DNA of 46,988 bases. Origin: Octopus sinensis (taxonomy: Eukaryota). The position numbers and the translations under genes are program-made. Numbering within the stretch: the first letter of the stretch is position 1; the number at the start of each line of letters is the position of its first letter. The notes under the pieces were generated by a model. That model made no database searches and was not told where the DNA came from. It worked only from the letters and a program-made list of their open reading frames with translations. The stretch lies in NCBI RefSeq assembly GCF_006345805.1, contig NW_021834642.1, forward strand, positions 1 through 46,988, written 5' to 3'. Positions 38,421 to 46,988 of this stretch are shown piece after piece.

Positions 38421-38891
38421 TATGTAATATGTATATAATATAAGTATATGTACGTGTGTGTACGACCGTGTGTGTGTCCGTGTTTATGTGCGCGCACGTG
38501 TATGTGTGTGTGTGTGTGCGCGCGCTTGTGTGTGTCTGTGTGTGCATCTATATGAATATATTCACCCAAGAATGTGCGTGTATGATGTACGTTTGTAGGC
38601 ATATATCTTCGAATAAAAAAATTCGATTTGAATATGTCATTATTATGTATGAATTAATATAAATATACTCTTTCTATACATATGAATAGGTCGGTGTGAG
38701 TGTGTGATATGAAGAAAAGAAAGGGAAAGAGAAAGAGGGAGGGAGAGATTAGAGAGAGGCAGGAAAAGTAAGAAAAGAAAAGAAAGACGTATGAAGATGT
38801 GTACATGCGTATGTATGTGTGTGTGATTGCCTTTATACGCCTATATCTTACAAAATCTCACTGAAAATAGAAGTGCATAATTTTTTCATAC

Positions 38892-38892
<1 letters not shown>

Positions 38893-38934
<42 letters not shown>

Positions 38935-38974
38935 TATTATTATTATTATTATTATATTATTATCATTATCATCA

Positions 38975-39035
<61 letters not shown>

Positions 39036-39078
39036 CATTATTATTAATATTATTGTCATTTATCATTGTTACTATTAA

Positions 39079-39117
<39 letters not shown>

Positions 39118-39227
39118 CATCATCATTATCCTCGTCATCAAAATTATCATTATTATTATTTATCATTATTTTTATCCTTATATTTATTATTATTATAATT
39201 ATCATCATCATATTATTTATTATTAAT

Positions 39228-39264
<37 letters not shown>

Positions 39265-39280
39265 ACGTCAGCATTATTAT
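38893..39280. repeat. (ATT)n/(ATC)n compound microsatellite
   Basis: Direct reading. Confidence 0.95.
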
Positions 39281-39697
39281 TTTTATTAAATTTTTCTTTT
39301 TTTTTTTTTATTCTCGTAATTAAATTTCAATTAAATTCTCTAAGATATCACATCACATTATATCGCTTCTGTGTTCAGGGGAGAAAAAAAAATAGAACTG
39401 ACAAAATTCGGCTCTGTAAACGTCACTCAAAATTGTCGAAATGTAATGATTTCTAGAAGTTTCAATTCTGATATTCACAGAAACACTGAAGAAGATTATT
39501 AAAGACACTTGAAGAATGGAAGATCGGAAATTAATTAAGAAAACATTGAAATGTATTTCTTCCTACAGACATGGAATTTATGTTCCTAACACTGTCTGTG
39601 TATTTGCATGTCTTTTTTTTATTTTCTTTATTCTTTATTCTATATTTATTCTTCAAATATATGTGTATTTATGTACATACATAAATACATATATACA

Positions 39698-39762
<65 letters not shown>

Positions 39763-40307
39763 GCACACGCACGCATGTACATGCACATATATATCATCTT
39801 TTTAATTATTAATTCTACTTCATTCTTTTCTCTCTCTCTTTCTCTCTTTCTCTCTCGTCCCCCCTCTCTCTCTCTCTTTCTCTCTCTCTCTCCTTTTGGT
39901 GATATATTTATAATTGGCTTCGATGCTCGTTTCGGAGTCTATTCTCTACGAACACATGCCTTTTGAACGTTTTCTGTTTTTTTTTAGAAATTTATACTGT
40001 AAGTATTGGCAGCGTTTTCACTTTGGTACACTCCTCTCTTTATTTCAATAAACTGGATATATGCATTGGAAAGCATTTTGATATATGAATGTATGGGTGT
40101 GTGTGTGTGAGAGAGAGAGAGAGGGGGGGAGAGGGAGTGAGATAAATAAATTGAACAAGTTACATGAGTCAAAGAAGCATGCACTCAATATAAATAATTA
40201 TAAACTTGAAATATGTGTGATACAACAGAGCCATGGTTGTGTGGAATGTTATAAATGTCCTGAGTAGTGCACACACTCTAAGCTTTGTTGTCTCATTTTA
40301 TTTAACA

Positions 40308-40706
40308 CTAGCAGTATCGCCCGGCGTTGCTCGGGTTTGTAAGGGAAATATCTATATAAGCATTTTTTAGAGATGTAAAGTATAATAGCCATCTCAAGAT
40401 GGCTAACCACAAAGGGGGTGTGTTACTGTAGCTTTTTACGTTCTGAGATTTAATAATACATTTTAGAGAGTCACTTCCCTTATATGATAGCAAAAAATGC
40501 ATTAAAAATGGGAAAAAATGATGGTAATTTTTTTTTTCAAATCGTAGACTCATCGTAGATGCGCGCTAATACCCAGAAGGGCTCGATATGAAACACGACT
40601 ACAAGATACCCGCTTTTGGTTACACTGCACCGCAAAGTGTGGGAGTAGTAAGGAATCTAAATCGTAGGAGACAGACACACAACTTCACTTTTATATATAA
40701 AGAAGA
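40308..40706 (-). mobile_element. Non-autonomous Helitron (399 bp)
   Basis: On minus: 5' TC (TCTTCTTTATATATAAAAG...), 3' CTAG preceded 8 nt upstream by the hairpin cccg-agcaacgc-cggg, inserted between A and T, no TSD. Confidence 0.85.
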
Positions 40707-40924
40707 TATACATGCTCATACAAGACCCGCATTAGACTTCTCACTCGTACCATTATCAAACCAAGAGTTTCACTATGGTCCTTCCATAGCACTTACATAG
40801 CGTTACCTGCCACCTTGGGTCTTCTGGATACCAATACCACTTATATATAGAGTGAGGGGGGAGGGGAGAGAGAGAATTCACAAAAAAAACAAAAGACGAA
40901 GACAAGTGGTGTAGACAACTATCA

Positions 40925-41000
40925 GATGTATTAGTTTAACGCTCGGGAAGTGAAAAAGTCTTTAACGCTTCGAGCCTATGCTCTTCCACAGAAAGGAACA
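40925..41000 (-). mobile_element. Penelope-like terminal fragment with degenerate hammerhead core
   Basis: Minus reads cttt-ctgtgga-a-gagcataggctc-gaagc-gtt-aaag...cccgagcgttaaactaata. Confidence 0.55.
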
Positions 41001-41001
41001 C

Positions 41002-41022
<21 letters not shown>

Positions 41023-41097
<75 letters not shown>

Positions 41098-41110
41098 GTA
41101 TGTAGGCAGA
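41023..41110. repeat. (GATA)n array, 3' flank of Tx1 copy 3
   Basis: Direct reading. Confidence 0.95.
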
Positions 41111-41111
41111 T

Positions 41112-42456
41112 AAGTTTCTTTATTGGCCACACAGGGCTGCACACAGATGGGACAAGTTACAAGGTAGAGCTTTTCTTTTAGGGGATGAAAAAAAAGGGGG
41201 CGGCGTAGGTTTTCGATCAAGAGGGATCGTAAAAGGGAAGAAAAGAACAAAAAAAAGAAAAAAAGAAAAAAAATAGAATAAAAAATAAAAATAATAAAAG
41301 AAAAAAAAAGAAAGGGAAAGGAACAAAAGAAAAGAGAAATGAAAAAAGAAGAAAAAGGGGAAAAAAGGGGAAGAGGAAAAAAAAGAACGATCATAGGGAT
41401 CGTGTATCACCGTGTTATGATATTGGTGTAAGGGGAAAGCAAGTAAGGTTTATCCGTAGGAAGAAAAGCCTACGAAAAGACCACCGTAACCTTGGTCAAT
41501 ATTGTTATATGTTACCACCACATTTGTTTGCAAGTGGGTAACCCTCTGTTTTCAATTTCTGGTTTCATAGATTATGCTCAAGTGGCTTCGTCATTCATAC
41601 GTGCCATCCTTGCTACATTCACCCATCTTTTTTTAAAACATTCGCTAGACAAAACTTGCTCTCTACTCTCACTTTCCTTTTCAAGTGGTACTTGAAGAAG
41701 TTGATGAGAGATTGACCAGAGAGGAAATGTTTGTCCTCCAATCCTTTCAGACGCGTCCACCAGATACATTCTTTCGCCATAGCCACAAGGATGATGAAAA
41801 TAGTCTTCCTTCCCGTTTGAAGGAAGAAGGCGTGACAATATTGACGATAGACTCACTGATAAACCGACTCGTCCCACACGTGACAGCAGTTGTTCGAGTC
41901 ACAAGCCCACAGGTCGGAAATTGTTGGACACTGCACGATTGCGTGCCGAACGGTTTCTTCGCTCTGACCGCATTTCGGGCAGGTCGGCCCCGTGTTTCTC
42001 GAGCCGTGGTCTGTAGAGCTTATCCCGAACGGGTAGCGCTTCTCGGTAACACTGCCAGCCAGGGATCTCTGGAAGTTGTCCATGGGCCCTGGCCGAAAGT
42101 CGTCCTGAACAGGCGGGTCAGGTACTCCTCGTCGACGTCCAGGTTCGCCCCGAGCTCGTCGTCGTACCTCCCCTCCACTAATCCCCTATAGAATGCTTTG
42201 GTTGTGTTGAAGTCACTCAAGGTCGACCCAGGACGGCAGAGTTGCTTGAGAGCAACGCGACACTCGCGGTGCCATCGCCCTTCCTCGGCCTCTTTTTGAT
42301 CCACGACTGCAGTTCGGTCATGGAGACGAGCTGCGGGAAAGCGTGCCTCACAAACGGCGACCACACCTGTTCACCGTCGTCTACATAGAGCCAGAGATGT
42401 CGCAGTCTCAGCGCGTGTCTGCGCATCATCAACCACGGCATGCCCAGCCCTCCTTT
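41112..42456 (-). mobile_element. 5'-truncated L1/Tx1-clade LINE, copy 3
   Basis: GGLGMPWLMMRRHALRLRHLW...TGPTCPKCGQSEETVRHAIVQCP; the 3' UTR resembles copy 1 more than copy 2. Confidence 0.93.
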
Positions 42457-42487
42457 TGGTAGATAGATAGAGAGATAGATAGATAGA

Positions 42488-42897
42488 TTCTTCTTTTATT
42501 CGTTTCAGTCATTTGACTGCGGCCATGATAGAGCACCGCCTTTAGTCGAGCAAATCGATCCCAGGACTTATTTTTTGTAAGCCTAGTACTTATTCTATTG
42601 GTTTCTTTTTGCCGAACCAATAAGTTAAGGGGACATGAACACACCAATATCGGTTATCAAGCGATGATGGGAGACAAACACAGACGCACACATACACACA
42701 CACACACACGTGCGTGTGTGTGTGTGTGTGTGTACATGACAGGCTTCTTTTATTTTCTGTCTACCAAATCCATTCACAAGGATTTAGTCGGCCCGAGGCT
42801 ATAATAGAAGACACTTGCCCAAGGTGCCACCCAGTGGGACTGAACCCAGAACAATGTGGTTGCTAAGCAAGCTACTTACCACACAGCCACTCCTGTT
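42488..42897 (-). mobile_element. SINE family AB, complete
   Basis: Homologous to the other AB copies. Confidence 0.88.
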
Positions 42898-42915
42898 TGT
42901 ATGTATATATATTAT

Positions 42916-43310
42916 GTGGAGGTACAATGTCCCAATGGTTAAGGCAGCGGACTCGCTGTCGTAGGATCGCGGTTTCGATTACCAGACCGGGAGTTGTGAG
43001 TGTTTATCGAGCGAAAACTCCTAAAGCTCCACAAGGCTCCGGCAGGGGCTGGTAGCGAACCCTGCTGTACTCTTTCTTTAAAACTTTCTCTCACTCTTTC
43101 TTCCTGTTTCTGTTGTACCTGTATTTCAAAAGGCCAGCCTTGTCACACCCTGTGTCACGCTGAATCTCTCTAAGAACTACGTTATGGCTACACGTACCTG
43201 TAGAGTGCTCAGCCAGTTGCAGGTTAATTTTACGAACAGGCTGTTCCGTCAATCGGATCAACTGGAATCCTCGTCGTCGTAAACGACGGAGTGCCACGAG
43301 ATAATATATT
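42916..43310 (+). mobile_element. tRNA-derived SINE (family E)
   Basis: Head tgtcccaatggttaaggcagcgg...ggtttcgattacc; 3' part shared with 44080-44230. Confidence 0.75.
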
Positions 43311-43727
43311 ATGTAGGCCTGTGCGTGTATGTGTGTAAGTAACATAGTGCGTACATTTTTGTGAAGTGATGTGCGTTTCCTGTACTGGTGTGTGTATGTG
43401 TGTGTGCGTATGAACGTGTGTACATGTGTGGGGGTTGCCATGTGTGTGTGTGTGCTAACGCATGGGCCTGTGTGTGTATATGGGAGCGTATGTGTGTGTA
43501 CGAGTAACCTAGTACATTGTGTGGAGTGATGTGCGTTTCGTGTATTTGTGTGTGTGTGTATGCATATGGACCTGTGTATATGTATGTGAGGCTATCGTAT
43601 GTGTGTATGTGTGTGACAAGTAGTGGAGGGGCGTGGCTTAATGGTTAGAGTATCCGGCACACATCTCGAGCAGACAAAAGCCTTGTGAGTGGATTTGATA
43701 GACAGAAACTGAAAGAAGCCCGTCGTA

Positions 43728-43765
<38 letters not shown>

Positions 43766-43857
43766 CGTTTGTGTGTCTGTGTTTGTCCCCCACCAACATC
43801 GCTTGACAATCGATGCTGGTGTGTTTACATCCCGTATATATATATATATGTGTGTGT

Positions 43858-43898
<41 letters not shown>

Positions 43899-43906
43899 GC
43901 GTGTGT

Positions 43907-44230
43907 AGTGGAGGGACGTGGCTTAATGGTTAGAGCACCTGGCACACGATCGTAACGTCGGGAGTTCGATTCCCGACAGTGCATTTTGTCCTTGGGCAAG
44001 ACACTTTATTTCACGTTGCTCCAGTCCACTCAGCTGGCAGAAATGAGCAATACCTGTAATTCAAAGGGCCAGCCTTGTCACACTCTGTGTCACGCTGAAT
44101 TTTCCTGAGAACTACGTTAAGGGGACACATGTCTCTGGAGTGCTCAGTCACATGCACGTTATTTTCACGAACACGATGTTCGGTTGATCGGTTCAGCTAG
44201 GAACTCTAGTCGTCGTAACCGTCGGAAAAC
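43907..44230 (+). mobile_element. tRNA-derived SINE with C-type head/core and E-type tail
   Basis: tggcttaatggttagag...gagttcgattccc...ttgggcaagacactttatttcacgttgctccagtccactcagctgg, then ggccagccttgtcacac...gtcgtcgtaacc. Confidence 0.8.
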
Positions 44231-46377
44231 CACTCATGTATGTGTATTAACAAAACTCTGTTAATCTTTGGAACTACTTAGGGTTTATACGTATACATAT
44301 ACACACATGCATATAAGTGAGTGTGTCTGTTTATAGGATTATGATTAGGCATATATGTCAAAGGAATATGCGTTCCGTATATAGAATTATAGACTTGAAA
44401 TATACATGTGTGCATGTGTATCTATAAAATCCTTCAGCCCACTCAGAGGTTCATATCTGTCCACGAACCGGATAATATCTTTGCAGATCTCCCGATGACA
44501 TTAACTGACAGATGTGTTGTCGAAAACAGAGAAGAAAACCTTTCCACCTCCTCCTGGATCATTCAATGTGTTCTAGGAAGAAAAAAAAAAAGACTGAGCG
44601 GATTCAAATATAAGTAGTAGCTTATCTCCAATTTCAGACGCCCCCAGACGAAAAAAGAACCATTGAAATATCAATAGTTCAAAAGTTTAAGTCTAAAGTA
44701 TTGCATACATACATCAGCTTAGAAATTTCTTGCAACTGATTCTTTTTTTTTTTTTTTACCCTCCTGAGTAAAAACAATATTGATAAATCAGAAAAGTAGG
44801 ATAGACAGAAAAAAAAGCAGAGAGAAAGTAAAAGCTTCAGCGCAATTGGATGAAAATATTAAAATGGATATATTTGTGTTGAGGGTGCTAAATTTGAAAG
44901 TGTGACTTCAGGAAATGTTTTACGAACTCAATGTCAGTTATAGATTTTCAGTTAATACTGGAATAAATTTCGAAAAAGACGTTGTTAAGTACTTTATATA
45001 TGGAATAAAATAAAACTTAAACGGTTCAGTTGAAGAAATATGTTAAGAAAAATATTTGGCAATTTATGTTAGAAGTATAAGAGAAGTGGCCATTATCAAG
45101 ATATGAAGAAACGTTTGGCATTGGAAGAGAAACATTATTTAACAAACAAATTTATGGCCGTATAAAACAATAGAATTTATAACATTAGAGATATATAAAA
45201 GCTGGGTATGTATTATTAAAAAGTAGTACAGCAATACCTAAAATCCTTAAGAATGTTTTCTATATTGTGCATTAACGAGCTTCTTTTCTTTCCTGAAATT
45301 CTATGCTAATGTTTCAAAAGAAGGATTATATAGTTCTATACAAAGCTATCAACGATTACAAATTTTCAGACCTCTTACGATGTGTTGGAAACATTTTTTT
45401 TTTATGTGCATATTCTGTATGCCTTCTATACTCTGATTTAAATTTCAAACTTCCAAACCCGTCTCAATTTAACTTCAGTCTAGAATGGATTGTTTCCTCT
45501 ATCCTAACTGACTACTATGGATAGATACACCACGCGTTTAAATCACTCCAGTTCCTTAATTTCAAATCTCAAGCTGGTCCTTAGATTTTCAAGCTGTTTT
45601 AAATCCGGATTTCAATGGTAGCATTTTCAAATTTAGTAATTTAGCTTACTTTACACTGTCCCAACCATAGTTTTATGCCTCTGCTCCGATACTTTTTCTT
45701 TCACGTTTCTGTTCTTCTTCCTATCCTGTAATGATAATTTCTGAAGCAATTTTTTTCTAATTAGTTTTGAAGAAATCAAACTTGTCGAAACAAATTTGCA
45801 AGCTGATATATGAAAACATGTATGTATGTATGATTTATTTATGTATGCATGGATAAATATGTGTATGTGCATATATTTGTATGTGTGTGTACTTATAATT
45901 ATACATGTATACATATCTATACGTGCACCCACATATATTCATATATGTATACACACACACAGATACATATCTATGAGTTTGCGCATATATATAAAATCAT
46001 ATAAGTAGATATATTTATACGTCCGTTAAATTATGCAGTATTTTCAGTATTTTTGTAACATGCATGCATGTAATACATTCATATATAAACCATTTATATA
46101 CTTGTATATAGATGCATACATACATGCATATACCTATGTACATCCATGCAGTGTTGCAAGTATAAGTATGTATGTGTACATATATATCTATCTATATACA
46201 TATATACAGAGAGAGAGAGAGATAGTTTGCAAAAGTCGAGATGCGTGGAGTTCAGTTACTCGTGGCGTTCAGTTACTCAATAAATGAAAAAATGAACTAA
46301 ATACAACAAAACCCACACGTAGGACAGCCACAGAGAGACCCTAATTCTTCGTCAGTTATTGACCAAAAATACTAATA

Positions 46378-46921
46378 CAGAGTTAACCAAAAAGAATGAA
46401 CCGATTTCATTACGCAATATTTTAGTAAGAAAAAGCAATAGAAACCTCCAGCTAAGTCACAAGTATTTACTCTCAATCAACTTTTATTTCCGGTCTTACA
46501 AGTGCTCAATGTGGCCACCATCTGCAGCACGGGCAAGATCAATGCGATGAGAGAATTACTCGCAGTATATCCCGATCCATTTAGTGTGTGATCCACCGTG
46601 TGTGATTTTTTTCTTGTGGGGATATGTAAAAGATCGCGTTCGTGTTCCACCGCTACCCGCTAACCTCGATGACCATAAACATAGAATAACAACAGCGATC
46701 AACTCAGTGGATCGTGATATGCTGATACGCGTCTGGGAGGAATTCTCTGATCACATTGATGTTGCCCGTGCTGGAGGTGGTGGCCACATTGAACACTTGT
46801 AAGACAGGAAATAAAAGTTGATTGTGAGTAAATACTTGTGACTTGGCTGGAGTTTTCTATTGCTTTTCCTTATTAAAACATTGCGTAATGAAATCGGTTC
46901 ATTCTTTTTGAATCAACGTTG
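46378..46921 (+). mobile_element. Internally deleted Tc1/mariner element with ~180-bp TIRs and transposase C-terminus
   Basis: TA|CAGAGTT...aaaaagaatg start; arms 46378-46557 and ~46741-46921; ORF remnant (D)FFLWGYVKDRV...GGGHIEHL* typical of DDxD Tc1/mariner subgroups. Confidence 0.85.
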
Positions 46922-46988
46922 TCTGAACTTGTGTAGTGTACCGCGTGTCAGGTGTCGAAGTGACCGCATCGTAAGATGAAGTGTTTTG

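Noticed and set aside
44960-45560. Long AT-rich pseudo-reading frame
   Set aside because: Too many stops and no motif; consistent with random AT-rich DNA.

Overview
Eukaryotic, AT-rich, repeat-dominated window, probably intergenic or intronic. The tRNA-derived SINE types and microsatellite load suggest an octopus/coleoid cephalopod genome (inference). No host protein-coding gene is supported, and most track ORFs are microsatellite artefacts. The real coding remnants are retrotransposon or transposon derived: (i) a near full-length, inactivated ~6 kb L1/Tx1-clade LINE (10081-16278, minus) plus two 5'-truncated relatives and one older fragment; (ii) fragments of a restriction-like-endonuclease (RLE; R4/Dong/NeSL-type) LINE; (iii) a Tc1/mariner derivative. 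Also present are several SINE families, a small Helitron, Penelope-like fragments with degenerate hammerhead cores, and several fold-back hairpins. Main result: the three well-preserved Tx1 copies sit inside (GATA)n arrays and the RLE copies sit inside (CATA)n arrays, in both cases in a fixed orientation. This suggests two microsatellite-targeting retrotransposons. One SINE family shares a 35/41-nt 3' tail with the Tx1 LINE. All alignments and coordinates were made by eye and may be off by a few bases.
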